A DNA stretch of 64,000 nt, from assembly GCA_047495785.1 (NCBI GenBank), contig JBLDXI010000023.1:1240001-1304000 (forward strand), read 5' to 3'. The position numbers were made by a program, and so were the translations under genes. The notes beneath the pieces were generated by a model. It was not told the origin of the DNA, did no database searches, and worked only from the letters and a program-made list of their open reading frames with translations. Numbering within the stretch: position 1 is the stretch's first letter; every line of letters starts with the position of its first letter. Positions 21,498 to 35,774 of the stretch are shown here, piece by piece. The DNA is from Lepidodermella squamata. Taxonomy: Eukaryota > Animalia > Gastrotricha.

Positions 21498-24400
21498 TAT
21501 AATGGTCAGATTACTGGTTAGTTTCGAAACCGGGTTGCTCAAAAGGATCTCCTGGGAATTGCACGTTTTTCTCATTCGAATTGCTCATTTGAACATTTTC
21601 ACAAATATTTCAATGAATTTTCTAAAGCCAGCCGTCATCCCTGAGACCAATGAAGCGTGGAAATAGTAGAGTCCGTGCAAAACACTTGGCATGAAGCCAA
21701 TAAATAAGTATCGCCCTCTTGTCATTGCTGTGTCCGCCACTCACTCACTCGCTCGTTGGAGGAAACTAGGTCACGCAAGTAACGCATTACGCACACAGGT
21801 AGCGCAAGTAGGTGCTTATACGCGCATTTGTTTGCCCAATGGCCTTGTTATTCCGCCACGCCGCGCCGGCCGCCGCTGCACAGCAGAAATATGTCCGCCG
21901 ACTTCCGCAGTTTTACGCGTGTTTGCTTGCCGCCAAACGTCGGCGCCGCGATGTAATTACACCGCGCACAGATACAAAATGGGACGCGGCGGCTAAACCT
22001 CAACGGCTCAAAACTTGTTTTTGTTTTTCAGGCCACAAAAACCAAGTTTTTCACTCTATCTCTCTCTCTGAGAGCGGCAAATTTACTGTGGAATGATTTA
22101 ATTAAACTTTTTTCATTTTGATGAGCAGTTGTCTCTCATAAAAATGTGAATAAAATTTCAATTGATGTGAGTCACCTTTAAAATTAACTCACGCATGGCC
22201 ATCATCATTAATTATTTCAATATTTTTCCGTCGAAATTTCAATTTTTTAAGTGGGTCAATTTTTTTAAATATTTTACATGAAAATATTAATTAGCGATCG
22301 TTTTCGCATTGAGTCGCGCAATCTCGATACTACGTTATATTATTAGCGGCCAGCTATGTTTAATTAATCGCAGGTGATAACAATAACAGCCGCACGCACT
22401 GATGTAGCATATATTGAAGGTAATAAAGCGCCTCTTGTAATAATAATTAATAATTATTACCTATAATTGTGTCAAATTTGTTTGTTCAACGCGCGCATAA
22501 TAACGCCTCTAATACATAACCGGCTTACAATAATATTATCAAATTATTAGCGTCCATCTTATAACCACACGTCAAAAATGTTATATTATGCTATCTAAAG
22601 ACTTTTACCACACAACCGGTATCCAAGCTAAGGCTTATAATATAACCAGTGCAGTGTTTTATCATTCGGCTCCTGAAACTGAAAGTGACATTAAATGCGC
22701 GAGATGACCCTTATCTGGCCAGCGTGCGTATTATTATTATTATTATTGCTGCATTATAACCGCTAGTTTTGGCGTCGTCGCTGTGTGCCGCGGATAAACA
22801 CGGCGGGATGATTTTGGCGTGTTGACATTATTATAGGAACTCTAATACACCACAGGATTACCAGGCATGATATCGTTATTAGTACACAGTAGCCGAAAAT
22901 TGCAAAAAAAATCAGCGATTTTGTTTAAATTGCGCAATAAAAAATTTCTCGCGTGCGCGTAAAATTAAGGCGGCTGTTCAAGTGCGCGCGGGTCGGATGT
23001 GCGCGCGCGATTAATTGCCGTTAAACACGCGACAACAATTATTCGAATATTATTATTCCGCGCGCAACTTTTGTTCTATTGATAGAGAAGCAGCAGCTCG
23101 CACCTCAATTAAATGCTACTGTGGATTTAGTGCCTTAATGTTTGGTCAAATCTCACATCAGGCAAGGCAAGTAGTTAGCAACACGTCCCATTTTAATGTT
23201 GGGAAAATTTATTTTAAATAGCTAAACAAATCCTGGTTTTTTTCAGGAAAGTAATGTCAATGTTGTCAAAATGTGTGACAGCGCATATGGTTAATGGTGT
23301 GTAAGGTAATGTGAGAAATTTCTGCCATTAACTTTTTGAAGCTAATTAACAGCTACATCCAGGCACTGCTTTCAGCATTTTATTGTCTAAAGCCATGCGG
23401 GAAAATAATTCTGCAAAATGTCTTGACGTTTCCTTTGTATTTCCTGGGGAATTTTCCTAATTTACAAATTATGATTGATCATAATCAATTAATTCGGAGA
23501 TTTTTTAGAAATTAATCTAAGCCGTGAGAATCCGGAAAAAATCCGAAAAATAATTTCACAATTGTTGCCGTGATTTTTGGAATAATTAAAGCGGTCCTAA
23601 TAATTTTATTTGAATATTCAGCTCTTTTAATAATTGCGGGAATTTTATTGCTAATTATTATATATATAAATTTCTTCTATAAGGCTTTGAAATTCGAAAA
23701 AATATAAACGAGTGAATACAAAATAATGATCAATAATGATCAATTCGATTTGGCCTCAACTTGGTTCCACTATTTTTCGTTTTTTTCAAAGCTCATCCTT
23801 AATTCTTAATTTTTCAGATTATTTAAAAATTTTAGGAGAATAATTTTCAAATTAACTGAATTTTCCTGAATTTTAGAAATTTTATTTCCGCGATTAAAGC
23901 TGTCTTCACTTTACCAAGTACGAACCACCTGAGGACGTTGTTATCACGTAATTTGCCCGAGGACCATTTTATTACGCTCCTATTAACGCGTGGTAATTTT
24001 CACACCTGAACGCAGTTTTACACCCTATCAATCTCGTATCTTTACGCGCTCGTTCAACTGGTTGACTGCACCTGGCCGCAATTAGCATCACATGTCTCAT
24101 CTTTCAGCAGAGTAAAAGCATCTTCTACTCGCCCACTTGATCTCACTCGGCCATCAAAACGGCAGCTCGGCCATTTAACGCCGCGGTAAAAATAGCGAAA
24201 CGGTGCCAGTTTTTCTAACATCGCACCTTATTGCCATTTGCGAAACGATGATGATGATGAAGAGAGAAAAGGGGCCACTTTATTTACCCCGTTTATTTTC
24301 ACCGCACACACACGCTTATAACCATGTGTTTTTCGCGTAAACGATGCTTCTGTTTAGCTGCGATATAAAAGAAAACGCGAAACAGGTAAAACTCCTTTTT

Positions 24401-27400
24401 ATTTCCGCCGCAAGTGATAAGTCGTGTCTACCTTAATATTTTTCACGTATTTCAAGTCATATACTAGGTTACTCTACAAATCTCGCTCGTCATTTTGATG
24501 CAGGTCTTGAAATACGTGAAAAAATTTTGTTAATAGCCGCTTTTCAGTTGATAACGTGTGCGAGCGTGCCCCGATTTAAATTACCCTGACCCAGATTAAA
24601 TGGTAATAGTGCGTGACCCGGATTTATTATTACACGGCGATTTCTGGCCCGCAGTCGATCGGCGGCGGCTGCGCGGCTTAAATATGGCTCAATTAATGCC
24701 TGGCCGGGTGGGCCGCGAAAGATTAATCCCTGTTGCTCTGCTCAGACGTAAATACGCATCTTATGCTTCTTCTTCTTCTTTATCTCGTGGGCGTTGTGTA
24801 TGATGGTAAAAATAACAATGCGCGCGGGAATCCGTACCCGGTTTATTACATACCCCAGCACACCTTTTACCTACGTTGCCGGAAAAAAATACCTGTATTA
24901 ATGTTATTTTTAGCCGCGCCTTACATTTTCTGACAAGGCGGGAAAAATCTCTTCACCCGCAAACACATACAAGTTGAAAAATAATGTAAATAAATGTTAT
25001 TATTTAGGTATGCTTCGTCACTTTTGCCTGCTGTGAGATGTACACAACACAACAGAGCGTCTTCTTATGCCTTATACGGTCATTTTTATTAGTACCTCGA
25101 GCAAAATTTGCTGTGATTTACCTCTCAGGTCATCTTTTTTTCTCACCTGTGGGCTGTGTTTTTATTGACTTGTGATGAAGCACAGAGCACAGCTACTGCT
25201 CAATTAGGTACTTGTTGTATAGGTATTATTTATTTAAACTAGCCATACCTACCTATTGAAAGTGATAATAGTGTCATCATCATCACGCTCGTTCTGTTTT
25301 GTCGGCTTCATTTCAGGTACTCGCGCGTCTCGCTTTATGTTTAGGACATTTTTCAGCGATAGCATACGCAGCTTTCGGACAGGAAATTTAGTGCAATTTT
25401 AGCTCTAATTTTACAATACACTTTTATGGCTCGAATATTATTACTTTTTAAAGGGAATTTTTTAGGTCAAAATTCGGGTTGCTAATGTGAAAATTATCTA
25501 ATATTTTACTATTTTACTAAATTTTTTAAAAATATTTGAGAAATCCATCTTAAAATTTGTAATTACTGATTTTTATAAGAAAATGGCAATTTTTTGGTTT
25601 TTCGAAATTTAAGCAGGATTTTTCATTTCGCCCTTTTAGCGGTGATAAAATATTTTTTCGCGCTATAATTTTGTCTCGCATTCTTACGATATTTTGCCAT
25701 CAATCGAAAATCCGTTATATCTCTTATTTTTTCTCGCATTATAAATATATTTGCGGTTTTTATGATTGACGCAATAAGAAGTATATTCTCGCAGAATTTG
25801 ATGGTGTGAAATAAAATTCAATAACAGTCGAATCTTGGCCGGCGCGAGGCCGAGTAATATTTACGTAGACAACAACGGCGCGTCTCGCCTTATTATTGCA
25901 TTACTATATAGGCGGTATACCAAATACCAAAGCAGCGGGTCTATAATCATTATCAACTACTGACTATGGCCAGTGGAATTCGGCCGCCGGACAGTCACTG
26001 CTGCTGAAAGATATAGGCGCCGGCGCGCCGCCATCACTCAAATATTTGCGCGTTGACCCTTTTTGCGCAATTTCATTATTAGGTGTGTGCGTGCGCGTTA
26101 TTATTATTATTGTTACAAAACTGCATGACACACCATTTTCACATGTCAAAATGCGATTTTTTCGAATTTTTTCACGTCATTAGAGACGTATATCATTCGA
26201 CTCACCGTTATTCCCCGAGTCTACTCGCAAGCATCCTGAAAAATGGGAAAAAAATCAGTTTTTACTTGTCAAAGCCTGGTAGCTACTCTTCCTGAATTAA
26301 TTTGCGGCCAGGTATTTACGCAGCTTATTTAATTATTTATTCATTAATTTTCCGTGAGTTTAGGCACGTGAAAAAATTGTAATTTTTCTCGCACGTGTTT
26401 GAAAATATTTTGCATAGGCTAAAAACGCGTAAATTAAGGTGAATTAATCCGATTTAAGACTTCCATCAAAGGGCCACGGCTCATTGAGCCCAGGCCATTA
26501 GGGTAATCGTTGAAAATGTCTTGACACGATTATTATTTCTTTTGTTTCGAAGTAGGAATTACTCATATTTTACATTTTAATATTTAGGCCACGATATATT
26601 TTTGAAATTTTTTTATTTTGATGGGGAACAAATCTAGCAATATTTTTAGAAAAATTCGAACGATTACATCTTTAATGTAAATTTTTTCAAGTGCTTCTTA
26701 AATATTGTCGCACCTAATTTTCCACTTTATTTGCCGATTGCTTCGCTATATACGCCGCCTTGCCTTGCCTTTGTCAATCCAGCAATGCCCAGTGTCCAGC
26801 GTGTAATTTTCTAAGCGCTTTATTATATTACACCCTTGTATTTGTTTTGTATAATAACAAGCTATAAATAAATAGCCGTGCAGTAAAAAAGGCCGGAATA
26901 ATGTGCGCTCACGCTCGAACGTGTGATTACTCGTGCTGTAATATGACAAGTTCACATTGCGTTCGACCGCTATTTTAGCGCTCTCGCACTTTGCTAATAA
27001 AATATTAGTAGCAATGCGATTATAGCAGTAGTAGTAGAAATAAAATGCCCAGTAATAGCCACGCCGGTTTTTTCGGCCGAAGTATGACCAGTCGCGCTGC
27101 TTATTGCATTACATCATCTTGTCTTTATATCGAATTATGCGATAAAATAAAATGTTTATCGGCTATTTTTGTTTGTATTTCGCGACGACAACGGGTGAGC
27201 ACTGAAAAGGCCGCTTTTTCCTCTCAAAATCTCGAGTGCTGCATTCCAAAATTTCCACAAAATGTCCACAAAGCAACCCAATTTCAAAAATAGTTCAGCA
27301 AATATTTAATGAGTTCAAAGACATTTCAGTGCTAATATTTGTCATCATATATATCATGTATCATGTACAAGGATGCGTCTATGATAGTAATAAAAAACTA

Positions 27401-29433
27401 AAGCTCGAGAGAGCGTAAAAAAACGCGCACACATTAGAAAAAACCAACTCGACTCGTTAATTTATATGCGCCTAAATATGTCAAGTGAAAATGGGCTATT
27501 TCGAAATTTTTTTCACGTTGCAAGAGACATGCATCAATCGATTCACCTCGTTGAGCTCATCAGTTTGATATAGGCCGGAAAATACGTGAATTTTTTAAGA
27601 AAATCGTCCATTTTAGGCTGGATTGTTGGTTTATAATCTTTATTTCTCTACCGAATTGCCTACTGTCACACGCTCGTTACGCGACGCGATGATGCGTATT
27701 AGTACATCAGTAGTATAGGCGTGTTTATTTTTCATTATTTTTGCCATTCGCTATATACACATATTCGTCGTATAGCACGAGAAGAAGCGTGTGTTTTTTC
27801 GCGTTCATAATTTTTTTAAATAATCGCTGGTTAAAACCCGGCGAAAAATACGTGTACCGGCTGTTGTTGTCTGCTGCTATAGTATTTATCCTTGTTAACT
27901 TTTCTATTTATTATGATTTTTTACATTATATTTACCAGTAATAATACTAATAATAATAAGCATCAGTTCAGAATCGCTCACCTCATACGCAGTGTATAAG
28001 AAACCGGCGTTGGTTTTTTTTGCTGCCTTTATTTCTCAGGTCGACTTTTTTCCACTCAGCCTTTTGATGGATTTTTAGCTACAGTAATTTTTTTGCGTTA
28101 TATAGAGAGCCGACTACTGGATTTTTTACTCACCCTGCGTATATATAAGATGGGGCGTATAAATTGGCTGCTAAAATTGTTTCGATACAATTTTTATTGC
28201 TTACAATATATATATTGCGGGCCCTTGGGGGGCTGTGCTAAATGCAATAATAATAATAATAACGCATCTTTCATGTGCTATCAATATTTCGCTATGAAAT
28301 TGCATGCTGATGCATGCGGTTATTTCTCTCCTTAAATTTATACGAAAAATATTTTAGCGTTAGTTTGTGGTTAATGTTATGAGAAACTCCCAGCTTGAAA
28401 AATTCCTTAGATATTTCGAGGAATTTTTGTTTTATCTCATTTTTCTCTTCCTTATAATTTTATTTGGAACAGTTACGCTTTTTGGGGTTCAAATTCGATA
28501 GAGCACGTGCCCATTTTTTTCATTCATTCATTCTTCTTTTCATCCGAGATTTTTGTAGGATTATTTACTCATGATTCTCCGCTGAATTCACTATCGCATC
28601 TTTTGACCTTAAAGAGGTTGAAATATTATTGCTTGGAACCTTGAGCTGCTTCGCTAGCTCAGCTATTAATTTCTATCTTCTGTATAATTTGATAGATAAA
28701 TATTCGAGCAATTTGTTATTTTTAAAAAAGTTGAGCATAAACATTCATTCAAAAATCAGTAAAAATCAGAGCAGGGTTAGCGAGGCAAGAATTTCTAAAT
28801 TTATTTTCGGAATTTCTTGGGATGATTTTTCTATTTTTATTTACTTTGACTATTTCAAAAATCAGTGAAAATCAGTGAAAAATTAGGAATGGGACAAGTT
28901 TAGTTTTTTAGGAATTATTTTTCCATGAATTTTCCATTATTAAAAGGTTTTCTAGAGCTTTTCTAAAAAAGAATATTTCTATAATTGAGCTCAGGCAATT
29001 GAGCTCAATGTAACCTTGGAAAATTCAAGCTTGACCTTTGCTAAATTGAATTTTCACCACTCAATCTCTCCGCCTCTTGAGCTTTCGTTTGGCATTTATT
29101 TCAGGGTAATTAGAGCGAAATTCGAATTTTTGTAAAAAGGAGGAGTAAAGTCGTCGAAAAACAGGTAATTTTTGAAAAAAATCCTATATAATTTCATCCA
29201 GGTAAATCATAAATTTCAAATTTTTTAAGAAAATCAGGAATATTTTTCAATTGAAAAAAATTCAGAATATTTCATAACTAATTTTTAATTTCCGAAAAAA
29301 TGGCCATTTCTAATTTATTTATATTTTTGTCTAGAAATTATGTAATAATTGTGAAATTTAATTTATATTATGGAACGCGATCTATCTTGAAGTCACATTC
29401 GAAATTTCAAAAATCAAACTAAAAAACTCAAAA

Positions 29434-32400
29434 ATGGCCGCAATAATTGTCAATGAATCATCGGCATCCAGCACCCAGCCGCTCACCGAGCTGTCGCTGA
29501 ATCACGAAAATCTCGTCGACGACGAGAGAGACTCGAGCGAACAACGGCTGATCGTCAACGCGACGCTCGACTCGCCGAACCATGTCGAAAATAATTCGGC
29601 GACATCGATCGATCACGTCAAAATCGAAGTATCGAACAACCACGAATCGGTCAACCGCCACCACTCAGTCCAACTTCTCGACAGTAACCAAGCCGTGAAA
29701 AATCATCGGCAAAAACAGCGAAGATCGGTCCCGGCTGTTATGACGACGCAAAACGCGCTCGTCGCCGAGTTGAAGGACGTGCTGAGGCGAAAGTCGAAAT
29801 TTGTAGAGGTCGTGCCGGACCGGGATGGCATGTCGCCCGAGGACGGCTTCGACGAGGACGAGGACAACAATTTCGAGGACGAAGGCGCCGAATTTTCGGG
29901 CGATGACTTGGATGATTTGAACCATGTCGCGTCGTCGCCGGAGACGAGTCGCAATAACGCGGCCGCCTCGCCGTTTTTTAACGGCTCGTCGTCCGGCTCG
30001 ACGTCGGGCGCGGCGAGTGCCGTTGAGGTGGCGACGGCTACGGCGAAATCGCCGGTGCCGATGATGCAGATGGTTCGCGTTGTTCGCTGTGCGATTATTG
30101 GCGATGAGGCGGATCAGTTTTTCGCCGATTGCCTCAACGCGAATCACTCGAGTAAACGAACGTTCGAAATTCAACACGACGGTGCTTTGGTACATCTTTT
30201 TCGATAATTTTTCAAATTTTTTTTTATCGAATTTTTAGAAATTTAATATTGATTTTTTTCTAAGATTTTTCCAGAAATTAATTCGCGGAAATTTAGTACT
30301 GAATTAAATATTCCTGCAATTATTATAGTGTGGATATTACCCGAGTCGACAATTCCCAATCTCAACCTTGTAATTTTGAAAAAAAATGTCACATCAGTTC
30401 GAAACATCTTTTGCATAGTTAAGATCTGGGACATCGTTATCCAGATTTAGAATATTTTGCAAATTTTTGTAATATCAACCCGGATGGATCTGTTCATTTT
30501 TAGGGATGAGTAGAGAAATATAATTCAAAATTTTATATTTTTTGATAATTTTTCATTAGTTATTTTTTAAAGTTGTTATCAATATTTTTTCGGACATTAA
30601 ATCGTAGAAATGTTGTTGACGTTGATTTAGTTATTTTAGCGCGGATATTACCTATACCTCAAAAATTCCTAATCTCAATTTATGACGATTTCGGAAGTTT
30701 CGGTTTATTGTATAGAATTATTGCAAAAGTTTTCAAATTTTATTCCATACTTAAATACAACGTGTCCCATATGTTGCGCAACTATGTCGAAATTTTGTAG
30801 AAAATTCATCTATTTATTCATTTAAACCCGAGAGAACATTCCATTCGTTACCCGTAATTCAACCGAAGAAATGAAAAATTTACCCGAGAAAATCCCGATG
30901 GTAACCGGTTCGGTAATTTCGGTATATTTTACCAAGTTTCCCCGGATTTTTGACACGTGACACGTGACTCTTTGACACCGGAAATTATTTCATGCAGCCA
31001 TTGCTCAATTTTCAAAAAATTATTGTAAATTCTCCTAAAAATCAATATGGACGGTCCCAAACATTTTCGTATTTTTTTATTGAATTTTGAGATCGAATCT
31101 CAATTCAGAAGATTTTTTTAACAAATTTTTTTAAGTCATCTTATCCCCGGATTTTTTGCCAGGTAATTTGTCAGTGGCTCATGTCATCTTGGGTCTTAAT
31201 ATTCGAGGAGCTTTGGGCGGATGTTAAATCGACCGTAAAATAGGAAAATAAATTTAGATTAATAACTTCGCCCGGTGATAATTAATTTAGCTCTAAGTTT
31301 GAGGCTCTAGCACCAGATTTCTTTCAATTATGTTTTTTCGGTTCCACGCCATCTCTTCTCATTTATCGCAGTCCCCGAATCATTTTACAAAATGTTTGAA
31401 AATAGCCTGTACCAAGTTTTTCAATTGTGTCTCTCCCCTTTTTTACGAGTGACCGAAGTACGGGAGGGGAGGAGGAGAGTTACGGCGTTAGGCAAGTTAA
31501 CCAAAACAAAGCCTTTGGTCAGATGATTTCAAGCGTGAAAAATGGAGGAAAATTCCATTGTTTTCAAATTGTTCTGAAATGACAAATTCCTAATGCCAAC
31601 AACAACAACAAAGTCTTTACAGTTGATACTTTTATTTGCATTTTGATTGGTCTATGAAAGGTTGGTATCCTTATCAGGGCCTATTGAGTTTTTAGAATTA
31701 TTTAGTACTTTTTCAATTTATTGTTGATTATTTGCTTTATGTTTTTTTTCATTTCAGGTAAATGTGCAAATAGTGGCGGTGATTGGCGTTGAGAATCGGG
31801 ACGAGCTGCCGCGTTTTCGCGTCGGCAACTCCAACTGCGATGTCTTTCTGACCGTGTTCAAGGACGAAGCCAGCCTCAAAGAATTATGGCTACCACAGGT
31901 TTGTTCTTGAAAACATACTCTTTGGAAATCTTGAATTTTGCTTCAATTTTTCTTGAAAATTAAACGTGAAAAATTGATCGTCTACTTGAACTTGTTATAA
32001 GGGTATCGTGAAATGGAAATAATACAGGAAAAATTCGAAGGATATATGGGTTCATCTAATCCTGGATATTCAGGAAACCTCGAAATTTACAAGAATTATA
32101 TTTGGATTTTATAAAAATTAGATTTTTGTCGATTTATCTAATTTTTCAAAATTTCGTGAAACGGCTTGTGGATATTTTTTGAAAATATAATAAATGAAGA
32201 TATCTACGTAGGGGGACAAATAAGACAGGACAAATAAGATAATTAATTTTTTATATTACAGCGTGTCCCAAAAGTTGCGCAACTATTTTTCAATTTGGCA
32301 ACTTTTTGTAGGAAATTCAAATAATTTTTTTAAATTAACCCTACCGAGAGAAAGGTCCGACTTTTATCTGCGATTCAACCGAAGAAATGAAAAATTTACC

Positions 32401-33399
32401 GGAGAAAACCCGGAAAATCCCGATGGTAACTGGTTCGGTAATTTTCGGGATTTTACCCCGTTGGACAAAATTTCTCCGGACTTTTTTAATCCTTTTAACA
32501 ACAGGCACTTGATTACCATTTTCGTAATTTTTTGAATTTTTCTAAATATTTCCTGGCCCTTGGATGGGCATTGGTCTCTCATTTTAGAGTTTCTGAACCC
32601 TTTTCTGTGTTTTTTATTTGCTTGTGTTACTTATGGGACACGCTGTATAATGGGACAATTAAGACGAGTAAAAATAATGACATTATTTGGCTTGTGGTTA
32701 GGGTTAGGGTTAGGGTCAGGATTAGTCTTAGTTTTCCTGTCTTATTTGTACCCTTTCCGATATATTTTTCGGGATTGTTGTCTTTCATTCGCGATTTCTG
32801 GAAATTCAATTAAGCGTTATTTTCTTGTTCTCTGATTAAAAATCGGGCTATCAAAAAATTGAAATTTTCAATAATTTTCCAATGTTGAACCGTCTCCCTA
32901 GATCACTTCGAATATGTTATTTTCTGTCAAATTCTCCTCTATTTCGTTGTTTTTCTCGGAAGTGTTTGCATTTCTTTGATGAATTTCTTCCTAATTTTAG
33001 CTTCGACGGATAAATAACGAAATGCCAATCGTGATGGCGGGCGGTTTGCCGCAGCCGGACGGCCGCAACCTCGCGCAACAGGTTGGCGCGCGCGACTACG
33101 TCGACCTGACCGCCTCGGGTGACCACAAGCCCGTCTTCGAAAGCGTCGTCGCCGCGATTCTCGGCCCGCCGCGCCGCCGCCCGGCCTCGTCCGAGATGGC
33201 CCCACCCCAGCAACAAAACGGCCTCGTCGAAATCGACCTGGAACCGCCGCCGGCGAAAGCGCCCGCCACCCTCGCCTCACCGCCCCCACTCTCGCACACG
33301 GTCGAAAATTTGAACCCGAATCCGCCTCAAAATTTAAATTCCCAAGAGCAACAACAGCAGCAGAAAAAGGCGAACAAATGTTGCTGTGTAATTTCTTAA
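29434..33399 (+). CDS. Rho-family-like pseudo-GTPase with long N-terminal extension and C-terminal CAAX, about 431 aa
   Basis: Exons 29434-30189, 31758-31898 and 33001-33399 (phase 0). Aligns by eye to the Rac/Cdc42 scaffold (RCAIIGD, DGALVNVQI, DVFLTVF, WLPQLR, PIVMAG, LAQQVGARDY, KPVFESVVAAILGPP). Ends KKANKCCCVIS. Confidence 0.8.
32213..32753. mobile_element. TIR element with internal GGTTAG repeats, hosting a nested MITE
   Basis: Termini GGGACAAATAAGACAGGA / TCCTGTCTTATTTGTACCC; GGTTAG repeats at about 32696-32715. Confidence 0.55.
32259..32645. mobile_element. Tc1/mariner-type MITE
   Basis: TA-CAGCGTGTCCCA ... TGGGACACGCTG-TA. Partial copies at about 30757-30950 and 38241-38360. Confidence 0.8.
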
Positions 33400-34628
33400 A
33401 ATTTTGCTTGATTTTTTTTAAATAATTAGTATTTAATTAATTATATGCCGCACGCTCAATAATTAATTAGGCCGTCAATAAAATTGCTTGCGTTATATTG
33501 AATGGTATTATACGAGATAAATCAGTCGAATTTTCTTGAAAAAAAAACGATTTTTTGTTGACTGATTGAATAAATATATTTTTGCTATTTTTCCTGCCTC
33601 TCAAATCTTCTATGCTATAAATATGCAAAATTTACGATAGGAACCTCAGCAATTTTTCAGGTTACGAAAAAATCGCCGGCTTCGATGAAAATAAAATATT
33701 GTAAATATCATTGAATTGCGCTTGTTTCTCTTTTTTTTCTCTCGTTTTTTCCGCTCTGTTTTTCGTTTCTTTGTGCAACTTGAATGATGATGATGTATTT
33801 ATTGTCCATTATTACTACATATTTCTTTTCATTTATTATGACAACGCAGCTGAGGCTAATAAAATAATTCAGCCTGCGTTCTCTTCGTGTATACACCTTG
33901 ATTGAACTGAAAAAATACACGTTATTGATATGCGACTTTTGGCCGCGCGAATTTTGACAATAAAACAAAGAGGTGCGATATTTAACATTTTCATCTCTTT
34001 ACAGATTTTATTTGAATTTTTTGTCGAGTTCAATAGGCATTTCTTGTTAACGTCCTGTTTCGAAATGGATGAAGACGTTGTGAATTTTCGGTCTCGGTCC
34101 TGAAATCCTGTGAAATCTCTGAAGATTCGATTTAAGGTTCGACTTCTCCCAAATATTACAAGCTGGGAATTCGTTGGTGAATCTGAATTCATCGAGCTAA
34201 ATTTTATAGAATGGCTCTCAATTTTAACGGAACCGAATTTTGAATATTCAACTGGTTAAAATGTGAATTTTTGAATATTTCGAGATTAGCAACGGGAAAT
34301 TCGAAAAAATTGCCTTAAGTGGTTAAAGTTTTGGAAAATGCAAAATTTGTTGCTCAAAATAATTTCCATCCGCCTGAAATGAGAAGATTGTTAGCTGGAT
34401 CTAAAAATGTGAACGTTAATAAGCAAAAAATCGAAATTTTCCGGTATTTTCAATCCGAGACTAAACCTAGATCTCCTATATTTGGAATTATTTTCATCAC
34501 AACTTCTCATCGCTCATCGCTCACGGGAAGTTCAAGTTCATGACGCATGATGATTCATCTTTGTGTGCTTGAAATAACTTGAGAAAGCTAAATAAACATG
34601 AAATTTGTAAATTATTTCAAAATTGTAG

Positions 34629-35549
34629 GGGTGTATATTGTTTTGTCAGCTAATTCCTTGTTCCGTCAGCTAATTCCTGTTATTGTCAGAAGTATCTTTT
34701 TCTGACAGCGATGACTCTTTTTGACAGCAGAACTACTATTTATCAGCTAATTTTAAATAAAATTGAAATTATCCAGAATGTTAAACGCCTACAGCGAGCT
34801 ACTGGGTAATATCGCGAAAAATGCCAGTTAGAGGTCATTGCCGTAATTGCCCTGCTTCGGCAATGTCCGGCCGCCAAGTCAGCCGATTTTTTCCTTTCCT
34901 TAGTCCTACCGTAGTAATTACCGTAGTTTCATCTTTTTACATTAGTATTAGTGCTCATTTTTTCACAAAAAAGAAAGTAGGAAAATATTTGCAAAAAGCG
35001 AAAATTTGGCTTGATTGCATGTACCTATCTACCGATGTATGATATTCTAATGTGAAATCGAACCCGAACACCCTCTCTACTACCCCCACACCCACTACAC
35101 TCTACAGAATAACAAGGAATTACCACGCATCTATCGTCGTGTCAAACTCATGTCGAAACCCCCAGGATGAAAACTTGATAGTCTTATATACCGCCTTTTT
35201 CTAACCCTCTAACCCTGACTAGTTCGCAGCCACAGCGATTCATATTTGTGCTGTTATGACGCGTCAAAAGTGCCAAAAATGCGGGTTCAACGGATTATTT
35301 TGGACTGATTTTGCGCGCGTACTATTCGCTGAAACTGGCCGTGGATTCATTTCGACCCGAATATTGAAATTATTAGAAACAATGTATAATTCGCATTTAT
35401 ATGATCTTGGCTAGCAATATACGATTAGAAACTCAATTAACATTATACTTGCTGGTAAATTGCAGTTCTGCTGTAAAAAAGAGTCATTGCTGTCAGAAAA
35501 AGATACTTTTGACAAAAACAGGAATTAGCTGACAAAACTAGATTAACTC
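34629..35549. mobile_element. MULE-like non-autonomous element
   Basis: Imperfect inverted ends of about 80-100 bp (GTTTTGTCAGCTAATTCC...), G-rich terminus and AATTGTAG direct repeat at 34621-34628 and 35550-35557. Confidence 0.7.
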
Positions 35550-35774
35550 AATTGTAGATATTCCATGCTGAATTTTTCAAATTTTTTAATTCATCGACAT
35601 GGGAAGTTTTATTCGATCGAAATTTCCAGTCGGAATTTGGGCATTAAAATCGGAAAATTTGCTTTATTTCGATGGAACAACTTACCGATATGTAACTGTT
35701 TAATTTATTTTATTTGTTTTTCCGATTCCCGATTTGTAAATTCGAATCGATATTGTTAATCGATATCGGCTCTA

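Noticed and set aside
29665-30195. 176-aa Arg-rich minus-strand ORF
   Set aside because: Antisense shadow of the GC-rich first exon of the Rho-like gene.
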